This document shows positions 10,467-20,084 of a DNA stretch of 64,000 nucleotides, piece after piece; position 1 is the first letter of the stretch; every line of letters starts with the position of its first letter. Source of the DNA: a virus; IMG/VR virus record IMGVR_UViG_3300025645_000053, positions 1-64,000 of that record; one strand, given 5' to 3'. The notes below the pieces were generated by a model. That model did not search any database. It was not told the DNA's origin and saw only the letters and a list, made by a program, of their open reading frames with translations. The translations under genes were made by a program, and so were the position numbers.

Positions 10467-10754
10467 ATGAATATACACATTGAATTAGTTAAGAAATGGT
10501 TGGCTGATCCAGAATCAGTTAGTCAAGAAGAATTAAAAGCTAATGCTGATAATACTGCTGCTGCTTATGCTGCTGCTGCTTATGCTGCTGATGCTGCTGA
10601 GGCTGCTGATGCTTATGCTGCTAGTGCTGCTGATGCTGCTGCTGCTTATGCTGCTTATGCTGCTGATGCTGCTGCTGATGCTGCTGAGGCTGCTGATGCT
10701 TATGCTGCTACTTATTGGGTAAAACGCTATGAAAAATTAAAGGAGAAAGCGTGA
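10467..10754 (+). CDS. Ala-rich low-complexity early protein
   Basis: MNIHIELVKKWLAD... followed by (GCT)n-encoded Ala/Tyr/Asp repeats. Confidence 0.75.
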   Translation: MNIHIELVKKWLADPESVSQEELKANADNTAAAYAAAAYAADAAEAADAYAASAADAAAAYAAYAADAAADAAEAADAYAATYWVKRYEKLKEKA

Positions 10755-11017
10755 TGAATTTATACAAAATAAGCCAGTCAGTAAACAATGACTACGACAC
10801 TTATGACTCAGCAATCGTAGCAGCACCAGATGCGGAAAAAGCCCGTGTAATGCATCCTAACGGTGTTAAATCAGACCGATTGGATAGGAAAACACCTATA
10901 AGCTTTAGTATGGGAGACTGGGTCGTTTACCCAAGCGACGTAACAGTAGAACTCATTGGAGTAGCTTCAGAAAAAACACAACGCTCAGTTATATGCGCTT
11001 CATTTAATGCAGGGTAA
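10751..11017 (+). CDS. Hypothetical protein
   Basis: ORF with SD and GTGA overlap. Confidence 0.7.
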   Translation: MMNLYKISQSVNNDYDTYDSAIVAAPDAEKARVMHPNGVKSDRLDRKTPISFSMGDWVVYPSDVTVELIGVASEKTQRSVICASFNAG

Positions 11018-11026
11018 GGAGCAAGA

Positions 11027-11443
11027 GTGATGAGCCTAGAACAATACAAAGATGCAAACAGAAAGGAATTGTGGGAAATATTGCAGATTCAAGTAGAACA
11101 GATTGCAGAGCTTGAGAAAGAGCGTGATGAATGCCATGCAATGGTTGTTTACATGGGTGCAATCATGGATGAGTCGGAAGGTGTTGCTGGGTATCACTTA
11201 AATGGCGATATTGCCAAGTGGGACGATTTATTTACAGTACCTTTATATGAAAATGCACTACAAGCACACAGCCTAGAGCAGCAAGCTAAGGGATTAGAGG
11301 ACTATGTAAGTAAAACTATGGACAATAGTTATATATTACATTTAGACCCCGAAGATATTCACCATTGTATTCTCATCGACCTAAATGCAACAGCCTTGCG
11401 TTTACTTGAGAAAGCCAAAGCACTAAAGGAGCAAGGCGAATGA
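11027..11443 (+). CDS. Hypothetical protein
   Basis: ORF with AAGGAG SD. Confidence 0.7.
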   Translation: MMSLEQYKDANRKELWEILQIQVEQIAELEKERDECHAMVVYMGAIMDESEGVAGYHLNGDIAKWDDLFTVPLYENALQAHSLEQQAKGLEDYVSKTMDNSYILHLDPEDIHHCILIDLNATALRLLEKAKALKEQGE

Positions 11444-11718
11444 CTGATACATTCATAACTGAATATTATTTCTGGATAGCAATACCCGCACAAATTCTAG
11501 GTTTTATACTAGTGTATGCTACAGCAAGACATTTGCATGACTATCTAAACCAGCAGGCCACAGCAATGATGTTCGCATGGCTATGGCCTCTTAGTTTTAT
11601 GTTAGTAATAGTCTGCATTACGGTATTTATAGCATATGCAGTACTTACTGGAATAGCATTAGTTGTTACTTGGTTAGCTGATAAAACAATTGGTAAATTA
11701 ATGAAGGAGCAAGAGTAA
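11440..11718 (+). CDS. Small membrane protein
   Basis: Two to three hydrophobic segments; ATGA overlap. Confidence 0.7.
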   Translation: MTDTFITEYYFWIAIPAQILGFILVYATARHLHDYLNQQATAMMFAWLWPLSFMLVIVCITVFIAYAVLTGIALVVTWLADKTIGKLMKEQE

Positions 11719-11744
11719 TGAACAAACACATTAAATTAGTTATA

Positions 11745-11833
11745 TAGATATTCTTTTTTATTCTATAAAAACTATATACATTAGTGCCAATTCTTGTTAT
11801 AATAGTACCATAAATTGAGTTAAGGAATAAAAT
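11745..11833 (+). repeat. Early promoter cassette (hybrid of the two cassette classes)
   Basis: TATACA 11775, TATAAT 11798, then AGTACCATAAATTGAGTTAAGGAAT. Confidence 0.75.
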
Positions 11834-14056
11834 TTGAAATCACATAAATCACTACTTGCAAAGCTACTCGCGAACGAAGACGTTAATGTCGAAGTTGCTG
11901 CAGCTGCAACCGCTTCTTTTAATCCTGTTACACGCACCATCCGAATCCCTGCTTGGAAAGATATTTCAAATGATACTCATGATTTGCTTTTAGGTCACGA
12001 AGTAGGTCACGCATTATATACGCCAACTGAAGGTTGGCATGACGCAGTTCATAATTATGACTTTCCAAAAGCATACGCAAATATCGTTGAAGATATTCGT
12101 ATTGAGAAAAGCATTCAATCAAGATATCCTGGCTTACGCAATAATTTTATTGGCGGTTACAAAGAATTGCTTGAACGCGACTTCTTCGGAATCAATGGTA
12201 CTGACATAAACGCTATGTCTTTCATGAATCGCTTGAACGTTAAATCAAAATGCCGCGACCTTGTCGATGTAAAATTCTCTAAAGAAGAAATGCTTTACGT
12301 TAAAAAGGTTTATGCTTGTAACGACTTCGATGAAGTAATTGATGTTTGTGTTGAATTGCACGAATGGTTAAAAGCCAAAAACGAAAAAGCTAAAGAGCCT
12401 GAAGCACAACCTGAGCCTGAAGCTGAAGAAACTTGTGAAACTCCGGCTGAAGAAGGTGATACTGACCAGGTTGAAGAAGAAACAACTGAAGGCAGTGACA
12501 CCGACGAAGAAGAGGAAACCGAAGAAGAGGCAAAAGCAGGAGTAGACGACGAAGAATCTGAAGCCGATGCTGATGCCGAATCTGAGGAAACCGAAGAAAC
12601 TGATAATACGACTGAAGAGCAAGGTGACGAAGAAACTGATTCTGACGAGTTAGGCGACGATGATGAAGAGCCTCTTGATGAAGATTTTGATTACACTGAC
12701 GCCGAAACTGATAATACTTTCCGTGAAAACGAAGAATCGTTAGGTACTGATGATAAAAATGAAATACCAACAGTTGTTAATATTCCGGTTTATTCTGAAT
12801 TGAAAAAACATATCGTATCATGGGAAAGAGCTCGCGAACTTCGTGCAATAAAATTTGAAAAGTTAAAAAATACAAAAACTTATACAAAACCTGGTCATTA
12901 TAACTGGTCAAACAATTGTGAAAAACGATTCGTTGGAGATTATTACGATGCTGAATTTAACATCGCACTTAAATCTGCAAACGAAAATGCTGAAGCTTTG
13001 GTTAAAGAATTCGAGCGTAAAAAATCAGCTTGGCAGTCGCAACGTTCTCAAGAATCAAGAAAAGGCTCTTTGAATATGTCAAAACTTCATAACTATAAAT
13101 TCTCTGATGATATCTTTATGTCGAATATTAACATGCCTAATTACAAATCTCATGGTTTGGTTTCGCTAATTGACTTCTCAGGCTCAATGCATGGCAATAT
13201 GATTACTACAATCACTCAAGCTTATGTCCTTGCTGCATTCGCTAAAAGAGTTAATATTCCATTTAATATCTGCAGCTTTACCTCATCGCGTTCAGCCTCT
13301 GAATGCTTTGATAGAGCTCGAGAAAAACAGCCTGAAAATGATTTAGATATGAAAGATATTTTAATGGTTGAGCAATTTACTGACCAAATGAATAAAGCGG
13401 CTATTGTCGATACTTTCAAAACATTATGGAAAACCTATCAAGAATCTTATTATACAATTGCTGCACCTTGTGACACTTTAGGTGGTACTCCACTTGACGG
13501 TTCAATTGCTGCGATGGTATCAGTCATTGATAACTTCAAAACTAAAAATCGACTTCAGAAGGTTTCGTTTATTACAATCAACGATGGTGATACTTCTCCA
13601 AGCATTGCTCATGGCCTGTGGGGCGGCGCTAAATCACGTCTTTATTACAAAAATAAATTCATTGCTGAACTTGATTGGAGATCTTACAAAAAGAATTCAA
13701 GCAATGGAATAATTGATAACCTAACAAATTGCATTAAAGATCTTGGAGTTACTACGGTTGGTTTTTACATTACAAGAAACATTAGACAAGAATATTATTC
13801 AACTAATCTTGCAGCTTGTCCAAAGGCCAGAAAAACCTTTAATGAAAGCGGCATCGTAAAAGAGCTTGATAAAGACACTGAATATGACGCTTATTACTTC
13901 ATGAAAGCCTTACCTAAATTAGATGATGGTGATGATTTTAGTAATATCAATGAAAATTCTAAAAAAGCTGATTTGAATAAAGCTTTAAAAAGCATGGGTA
14001 AAAACCGAATCTTTACTCGAGTTTTTGCAAAAACATTAGCTGAGGCAATAGCATAA
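11834..14056 (+). CDS. CobT-like protein: HExxH metallopeptidase domain, acidic linker, vWA domain
   Basis: HEVGH, NIVEDIRIE, long D/E tract, MIDAS DFSGSM, GGTPL, INDGD. Confidence 0.88.
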   Translation: MKSHKSLLAKLLANEDVNVEVAAAATASFNPVTRTIRIPAWKDISNDTHDLLLGHEVGHALYTPTEGWHDAVHNYDFPKAYANIVEDIRIEKSIQSRYPGLRNNFIGGYKELLERDFFGINGTDINAMSFMNRLNVKSKCRDLVDVKFSKEEMLYVKKVYACNDFDEVIDVCVELHEWLKAKNEKAKEPEAQPEPEAEETCETPAEEGDTDQVEEETTEGSDTDEEEETEEEAKAGVDDEESEADADAESEETEETDNTTEEQGDEETDSDELGDDDEEPLDEDFDYTDAETDNTFRENEESLGTDDKNEIPTVVNIPVYSELKKHIVSWERARELRAIKFEKLKNTKTYTKPGHYNWSNNCEKRFVGDYYDAEFNIALKSANENAEALVKEFERKKSAWQSQRSQESRKGSLNMSKLHNYKFSDDIFMSNINMPNYKSHGLVSLIDFSGSMHGNMITTITQAYVLAAFAKRVNIPFNICSFTSSRSASECFDRAREKQPENDLDMKDILMVEQFTDQMNKAAIVDTFKTLWKTYQESYYTIAAPCDTLGGTPLDGSIAAMVSVIDNFKTKNRLQKVSFITINDGDTSPSIAHGLWGGAKSRLYYKNKFIAELDWRSYKKNSSNGIIDNLTNCIKDLGVTTVGFYITRNIRQEYYSTNLAACPKARKTFNESGIVKELDKDTEYDAYYFMKALPKLDDGDDFSNINENSKKADLNKALKSMGKNRIFTRVFAKTLAEAIA

Positions 14057-14280
14057 TGGATATCGTGATTATAGTTTCTGGAATTTACTTCATGGGTTGT
14101 CTGATAATGGTTTTTTGTGAACCGATACTAAACAAAAATGAAGAGGCAGATTATCCGGGCATGGTAATACTGTGGCCGATTGCGGTAGCGGCAATTATAG
14201 CAGTATTACCATATGTCGCGCTACAGATACTCATCATTACGCCAGTTTCAAAGGCCGGTAAAAGATTCTTTGGAGAATAA
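14056..14280 (+). CDS. Small membrane protein
   Basis: Two hydrophobic segments. Confidence 0.6.
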   Translation: MDIVIIVSGIYFMGCLIMVFCEPILNKNEEADYPGMVILWPIAVAAIIAVLPYVALQILIITPVSKAGKRFFGE

Positions 14281-14378
14281 GGCTATTCCTTTTTGTTCTA
14301 AAAATAACGCAATAAACTATATACATTTGTTCTAGATTTGATATAATAGATCTATAAATTGAACTGAGGAATAAAAAC

Positions 14379-14555
14379 ATGAGATTAGCAATTGAACAAA
14401 TTATGAAAGCCGCCAAGTGTACCGAAGCGCAAGCAAACACTATCGAGAATTACATCGATGATAATTGGCTTATTGATTGGTCAGAAGATTCTTTACGCAA
14501 AATCAACAAAACTGCTCGTGAAGCGGTTATAGCCTTAGAACTAAATGTTCTATAA
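14379..14555 (+). CDS. Small early hypothetical protein (58 aa, missed by ORF track)
   Basis: MRLAIEQIMKAAKC...ELNVL; own promoter cassette and GAGGA SD. Confidence 0.65.
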   Translation: MRLAIEQIMKAAKCTEAQANTIENYIDDNWLIDWSEDSLRKINKTAREAVIALELNVL

Positions 14556-14620
14556 AAACTATATACATTACCGAATAAAATTGATATAATAGATCTACAA
14601 ATTGAGTTAAGGAATAAATT
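14545..14620 (+). repeat. Early promoter cassette (TATACA-17-TATAAT + AGATCTACAAATTGAGTTAAGGAAT)
   Basis: Identical 25-nt block at about 14591, 27450, 42790, 43671 and 63791. Confidence 0.8.
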
Positions 14621-15769
14621 ATGAATACCGAATGTTTTGATGTTATCACCGCCCGTCTTACCGCCCTTCCTGAAAAAACTTACAAGAAAGCCGATATTGT
14701 CGCTGCTTGTTCCGATGTTGAAAACCGCCATGTACAGCGGTTCATTTACCGTGCAATGGTTCGAGTTAAAACTGGAGTTTACGCTTTACCTAACGACGGT
14801 GTCTCTGCACCCGTTAAAACCACTCCTGTCAATCCAATTGCTCAAGCTGTTGTAGAAGCAACTCAGCCTCAACTACAGACCTATATTGATGATTCCGTAT
14901 ATATCCCAAAGGCCGATAGCTTATATGTCCCTTGGGGCAACTCGAAGTCAGTTTCTGATGTTGTAAAAGCAGGTATATTCTTTCCAGTGTATATAAGCGG
15001 TATGTCAGGCAACGGCAAAACGATGATGGTTGAGCAAGCTTGTGCAAAACATAAACGACAATATATACGTGTACAGATTACACCAGAAACTGACGAAGAC
15101 GATCTTATCGGAGGTTTCCGTTTAATCAATGGAGATACCGTATTCGCAGAAGGTCCTGTTATCAAAGCAATGCGTAAAGGTGCAGTTCTTCTTATTGATG
15201 AAATTGACCGTGGAACTAATAAGATCATGTGTTTACAAGGTATCATGGAAGGTAAACCTATTCTTATTAAGAAAACTGGTGAAACTGTAGTACCTGCCGA
15301 AGGATTTCAAATAATTGCTTCAGCAAACTCAAAAGGTCGCGGTTCTGAAGATGGCCGATATGCTTCTTCAATCATCGATGATGCTTTTCTTGAGCGGTTT
15401 GTTGTTACAATGGAACAGCCTTATCCTTCTGAAGCAACTGAACGTAAGATACTTAAACTTCATGGAGATTTATATGGAGTTGACGATACCGAATTTTTTG
15501 AGAAACTTGTTATGTGGGCTCAAGCAATTCGTAAGACATTCTTTGAGACAGACGGCGCAGGTATTGGTGATCTTATTACTACTCGCCGCTTGACACATAT
15601 CGTTAAAGCAGTAACAGTTTTTAAAGACCGAAAGAAAGCTGTTGAACTTTGTGTAAACCGTTTTGATGCCGATATTCGTGATGCATTCATTGACCTTTAT
15701 GGTAAAATCGATGCTGGCGAAGATTTGCAAAACGAAGACAGTGGCGAAGATACTCATTTATCTTTTTAG
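14621..15769 (+). CDS. cobS: CobS/MoxR-like AAA+ ATPase
   Basis: GMSGNGKT, ETDEDDLIGG, LLIDEID, AFLERF. Confidence 0.9.
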   Translation: MNTECFDVITARLTALPEKTYKKADIVAACSDVENRHVQRFIYRAMVRVKTGVYALPNDGVSAPVKTTPVNPIAQAVVEATQPQLQTYIDDSVYIPKADSLYVPWGNSKSVSDVVKAGIFFPVYISGMSGNGKTMMVEQACAKHKRQYIRVQITPETDEDDLIGGFRLINGDTVFAEGPVIKAMRKGAVLLIDEIDRGTNKIMCLQGIMEGKPILIKKTGETVVPAEGFQIIASANSKGRGSEDGRYASSIIDDAFLERFVVTMEQPYPSEATERKILKLHGDLYGVDDTEFFEKLVMWAQAIRKTFFETDGAGIGDLITTRRLTHIVKAVTVFKDRKKAVELCVNRFDADIRDAFIDLYGKIDAGEDLQNEDSGEDTHLSF

Positions 15770-15837
15770 AAAAAACTATTGACACGCGAGTTATTATTTG
15801 ATATAATAGCTCTATTAATTAAACAAAAGGAAAAACT

Positions 15838-16518
15838 ATGAAATTATCTAATGAAACTATGTCTTTGCTTAAAAACTTTGCACTGATTAACTCTAACATT
15901 GTGATTGGTGCAGGTTCTAAACTTAAGACTATTAACGAAGCAAAAAACGTGATGGGATATGCTGACATTGCCGAAACCTTTCCTGTAGAGTTTGGCATTT
16001 ATGATTTAGGTGAATTCCTAAATGTTTACAATATGTTTGATGATCCTGAATTAGAGTTTGATGAAAAACTTCAGTCAGTTGTTATCAGTCAAGGTAAACG
16101 TCTTGTTCGCTATCGTTTCTCAAATACTGAAATTCTTACATCTGTTACTAAAGAAGTTAAAATGCCTAAAGCTGACTTGGCGTTCCACTTATCTTCTGAT
16201 GATCTTGCTGCTATTCGCAAAGCAACATCGGTATTAGGTGTCTCTGATGTTGTTATTACAAATAACGGTGAAGATTCGTTACTTGTTACTACAACTGATG
16301 TTAAGGATTCTAGTTCAAACCGCTTCGCTATTGAAATTCCATGTGAAGGTTTATCTGATACTGAATTTAATCTTATATTCAATGTATCAAACTTCAAAAT
16401 GGTTCAAGGCGATTACGATATTGAAGTTTCATCTAAACTAATTTCAAAATTCACTAACACTGCAGCTAATGTTAATTACTTTATCGCTCTTGAGAAGAGC
16501 TCAACTTATGGAGAATAA
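15838..16518 (+). CDS. 45: Sliding clamp gp45
   Basis: MKLSNET..LKNFA.IN, FGIYDLGEFL, YFIALE. Confidence 0.95.
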   Translation: MKLSNETMSLLKNFALINSNIVIGAGSKLKTINEAKNVMGYADIAETFPVEFGIYDLGEFLNVYNMFDDPELEFDEKLQSVVISQGKRLVRYRFSNTEILTSVTKEVKMPKADLAFHLSSDDLAAIRKATSVLGVSDVVITNNGEDSLLVTTTDVKDSSSNRFAIEIPCEGLSDTEFNLIFNVSNFKMVQGDYDIEVSSKLISKFTNTAANVNYFIALEKSSTYGE

Positions 16519-16519
16519 T

Positions 16520-16795
16520 ATGTCAAACGAAATCGAAGATGTGGAATTACAGGATCTTGATGTTATAGTAGATCTTGAAGAAACTGAAGAAACTAAGTCA
16601 TTCATTGATGTTAACGATTTAGTTGACTGTGTAAAGGTTATCGACTTATGTTCTAAACGTGGTGCCTTTGAAGGAACTGAGTTACAATTGGTTGGTACGC
16701 TACGACAGAAATTAGTTGACTTCGTCAATGCAGTTTCACCACCAGAAACTGATGATGATGCTGATTCTACTGAAGCTAACGAACCGTCGGAATAA
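16520..16795 (+). CDS. Conserved acidic hypothetical protein
   Basis: IDLCSKRGAFEGTELQLVG motif; GGAG SD before ATG 16520. Confidence 0.7.
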   Translation: MSNEIEDVELQDLDVIVDLEETEETKSFIDVNDLVDCVKVIDLCSKRGAFEGTELQLVGTLRQKLVDFVNAVSPPETDDDADSTEANEPSE

Positions 16796-16910
16796 CTTGA
16801 TACAAACGGAATAGCCTTCGGGCTATTTTGTGAATAACTTGATATAAACTGGGTAGTCTTAGGCTATTCGGTGAATATCTTAATACAAAGGTTGAACTTT
16901 TGTGAATAAA
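16790..16910 (+). repeat. Tandem hairpin repeat (three units) upstream of the dsbA-like gene
   Basis: GAATA(A/T)CTT(G/A)ATA linker at 16790, 16832 and 16873, each followed by an AC...GT-closed hairpin. Confidence 0.7.
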
Positions 16911-16958
16911 GAAACTAATAATTTACGTGAATATATTAAATTTAAGGAAATGATTGAA

Positions 16959-17207
16959 ATGATGTTATCCAACCCTAAAGATAAAGAAAGATTGAAAGCT
17001 GGTGTAAAAGAATTGTCTGACTCTATGACTCGTGTTGAGGCCGAGCGTGATCTTCAAAAAGATATCGTTGAGGCAGTATTTGACGAGATCGGTGTTGACA
17101 AAAAAATCATTAAGAAGTTTGCTTCGATGTATCATAAACAAAACTTTACCCAAGTTCAAAGCGAGTTTGAAGAAGTTACTGGTTTATACGAAGACATCTT
17201 TGGTTAA
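16959..17207 (+). CDS. dsbA: dsDNA-binding protein DsbA-like
   Basis: ELSDSMTRVEAERD, MYHKQNF, LYEDIF. Confidence 0.75.
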   Translation: MMLSNPKDKERLKAGVKELSDSMTRVEAERDLQKDIVEAVFDEIGVDKKIIKKFASMYHKQNFTQVQSEFEEVTGLYEDIFG

Positions 17208-17293
17208 TTTCTGCAGCGGCTTCGGCCGCTACTATTTACATTGTATGATTAATGTGATATAATAGTTTTTTATAGTTTATGGAGTAAATGTGA

Positions 17294-18232
17294 ATGAGTG
17301 TAGAATTCCTTTGGTGTGAGAAATATCGCCCAAAAACAATTGAAGACTGTATATTACCAGAGTCTTTAAAGAAAACCTTTACTGAAATCGCCGAAGGTGG
17401 TGAATTACCTAATATGATGTTCAGTGGTACTGCAGGCGTTGGTAAGACAACTGTCGCTCGCGCATTATGTACTCAGTTGGATCTTGATCACATTGTGATT
17501 AACGGATCAGAAGAAGGCAACATCGATACTTTACGAGGCAAGATAAAACAGTTTGCTTCAACAGTGTCATTAAGTGGCGGTTATAAAGTTGTTATTCTCG
17601 ACGAAGCCGACTATATGAACCCACAGTCAACCCAACCTGCACTTCGTGGTTTCATTGAAGAATTCTCGAAGAACTGCAGATTTATTCTTACATGTAACTT
17701 CAAGAACCGTATTATTGAACCACTGCATTCTCGATGTTCAGTTTACGAATTTCAAATACAACCTAAGGAACGTCCTAAGATTGCGATGGCTTTCTTTAAA
17801 CGGTTGCAAACAGTTCTTAAAGCAGAAAACGTTGAGTTTGAACCTGCTTCATTAGTAAAGCTGATTGAAAAGCATTTCCCAGATTGGCGTAGAGTTTTAA
17901 ACGAATGTCAAAGATATAGCATCTCTGGTAAAATTGATGCTGGTGTTCTAACTAATGTTAGTAACGAAAACATCAAAGCTTTGATGGGTTATCTTAAGGA
18001 TAAAGACTTCAAGACAATGCGTAAGTGGGTTGTTGATAACATTGATGTTGAAGCACAAACTATCTTCAGAATGGTTTATGATAACATGGAAGATAACGTT
18101 AAGGCCAGTTCTATACCTCAGCTTGTTTTAATCATCGCCGATTACCAACATAAAAACGCGTTTGTTTGCGACTCAGAAATAAATCTTGTAGCAATGTTTA
18201 CCGAAATAATGTCTGCAGTTGAGTTTAAATAA
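17294..18232 (+). CDS. 44: Clamp loader large subunit gp44
   Basis: WCEKYRP, GTAGVGKT, ILDEAD, LHSRC. Confidence 0.96.
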   Translation: MSVEFLWCEKYRPKTIEDCILPESLKKTFTEIAEGGELPNMMFSGTAGVGKTTVARALCTQLDLDHIVINGSEEGNIDTLRGKIKQFASTVSLSGGYKVVILDEADYMNPQSTQPALRGFIEEFSKNCRFILTCNFKNRIIEPLHSRCSVYEFQIQPKERPKIAMAFFKRLQTVLKAENVEFEPASLVKLIEKHFPDWRRVLNECQRYSISGKIDAGVLTNVSNENIKALMGYLKDKDFKTMRKWVVDNIDVEAQTIFRMVYDNMEDNVKASSIPQLVLIIADYQHKNAFVCDSEINLVAMFTEIMSAVEFK

Positions 18233-18294
18233 CTATTGACATGCCGTGTGAACTGTTATATAATAGTTCTATAAATTTGATTGAGAGAAACTAA

Positions 18295-18888
18295 ATGCCT
18301 AAAAATGTAATTTATGATTATGAAACACTGGGAACCGACACGCGTAATGCGCCGATCCTTTCGCTTGCTATCATGAACTACGATCCTGATAGATTTATGT
18401 CTGAAAACCCATATACCTTTAAAGAACTTTGTAGTCGGGCTGCTGAATATAAATTCGATATCATGGAGCAAGTCAAATCGTTTGGTAAAGTTATCAATAA
18501 AGAAACTCTTGATTGGTGGAAGAAACAGCCTAAAGAATTGCGTGATGCTCAGCTAACACCAACACCCGACGATTTGTCTATCACTGAGCTGAATGCCTGC
18601 TTCAAGAATCATTGCCACCAAGCTGATGCAATATTTACCCGCGGCAATACTTTTGATCCTATGATCACTACATTTACTTTGGCTGACCAAGGTTTAGGCG
18701 AACCATATAATTGGGCAAAGGTTCGTGATACTCGTAGTTTCATTGAAGGACTATCTTATACCTCAGGTTTGAATAACAAGTTTATTCCTGAAGGTCTTGA
18801 AGATGTTTTTGTTGCTCACGATCCTATACACGACATCGCAATTGATGTAATGCGTATGCAAAGTGTTATAAGAGAAGTATTCTTATAA
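18295..18888 (+). CDS. dexA: 3'-5' exonuclease DexA-like
   Basis: DYETLG, RGNTFD, RDTRS, AHDPIHD. Confidence 0.85.
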   Translation: MPKNVIYDYETLGTDTRNAPILSLAIMNYDPDRFMSENPYTFKELCSRAAEYKFDIMEQVKSFGKVINKETLDWWKKQPKELRDAQLTPTPDDLSITELNACFKNHCHQADAIFTRGNTFDPMITTFTLADQGLGEPYNWAKVRDTRSFIEGLSYTSGLNNKFIPEGLEDVFVAHDPIHDIAIDVMRMQSVIREVFL

Positions 18889-18915
18889 ATAATATCTTTA
18901 GCCAAGGTATTAACT

Positions 18916-19701
18916 ATGTTGTTAAACTATATTACATTCATAACAGCAATAGTAATTGCACTTGTTGCAGCTTACTTCTCAATAGCAGGTTTGTCCGCTA
19001 TCTTTGCAGGAGCTGCAATATCAGTTATAATAATGGCCAGTGTTTTAGAGCTTGGCAAATTAGTTGCAGCAACATGGTTGCATCTTGAGTGGAAATGTGT
19101 TACAATAGGTATTAAGATATACTTATTAGTTGCGGTGGTAGTTCTTATGTTAATTACAAGTATCGGTATCTTCGGTTATTTGTCAAAAGCATATCTTGAA
19201 CAAACCTCCGGTAATGCTGGTGTTGCGATTGAAGTGTCTCGTCTTGAGAAAACAATCGGATCAGAACAAAAGCGTTTAGATTCGGTTGATTCTCAGTTAG
19301 GCGCACTTGATGCAGCATTGGATAAGTATATCGAACTTGGGTATGTTACAAAAGGACTTCAAGCTCGTACAGCACAAAGCGAGCAACGTGTGCAGTTGGA
19401 TTCGTTGAGAACAATGTCAATGGACAAACTGTTTAAACTAAATAATGAATTGTATGAATATACATTAGAAGATGCAAAGTTTGAAGCTGAACTTGGTCCC
19501 ATTAAATATATCGCAGAAATGCTTTATGGTAATGATGCTGAAGACAAGTATGGCAGCGCAGTTCGTCTAATGATATTTATGCTTATATTTGTGTTTGATC
19601 CGCTTGCTGTTATTCTTTTGATTATCTCGGCTGGAAGACTGAGCAAGTCTAAAGAAGCGCCAAGCATCGTTTCGTCGGATCAGATCTTAAACTTGGAGTA
19701 A
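18916..19701 (+). CDS. Membrane protein with coiled coil; late promoter at 18884
   Basis: Three N-terminal TM segments, LELGKLV, GIFGYLSKA, FVFDPLAV. Confidence 0.75.
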   Translation: MLLNYITFITAIVIALVAAYFSIAGLSAIFAGAAISVIIMASVLELGKLVAATWLHLEWKCVTIGIKIYLLVAVVVLMLITSIGIFGYLSKAYLEQTSGNAGVAIEVSRLEKTIGSEQKRLDSVDSQLGALDAALDKYIELGYVTKGLQARTAQSEQRVQLDSLRTMSMDKLFKLNNELYEYTLEDAKFEAELGPIKYIAEMLYGNDAEDKYGSAVRLMIFMLIFVFDPLAVILLIISAGRLSKSKEAPSIVSSDQILNLE

Positions 19702-20084
19702 TGATGAATCCTTTTGATTATGTAAATTCCATTACGTTAAGCAAACGTAATATTATGGTAACACCAGAGGATGAGAAAGGTTATGCAGCCTTTCTTATCA
19801 ACCGTGGCCTTTCGCAGTTCCAAGATACTATCTTTTATGCAAATGAAATGAATCGGTATCACAAATTGGACAATAAACTGCAGTATCAGTTTCTTATTAA
19901 CATTGTACGGAAACGGAAACGTTTCTCTAAATGGGCCAAGGCTGACACAGCTGATGCTGATATAATTGAAGCAATTAAGATTGTATACAATTATAGTAAT
20001 GATAAGGCTAGACAAGTTGTCGGACTTTTATCAAAAGATCAAAAGTCCGCGCTGCTCGAAAAAATACATAAGGGTGGAACTTAA
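19701..20084 (+). CDS. 62: Clamp loader small subunit gp62
   Basis: NPFDYVNSI, FYANEMN, RKRKRFSKWAK, YNYSNDKA. Confidence 0.92.
   Translation: MMNPFDYVNSITLSKRNIMVTPEDEKGYAAFLINRGLSQFQDTIFYANEMNRYHKLDNKLQYQFLINIVRKRKRFSKWAKADTADADIIEAIKIVYNYSNDKARQVVGLLSKDQKSALLEKIHKGGT

Noticed and set aside
14621-15769. Cobalamin biosynthesis function for the CobS-like gene
   Set aside because: No CobN or other cobalamin genes are present; the motifs support only a generic MoxR-type AAA+ ATPase.
16790-16910. Mini-CRISPR array
   Set aside because: The repeats are short and degenerate, the spacers are related self-complementary hairpins rather than unique sequences, and no cas genes are present. Kept only as a structured repeat.
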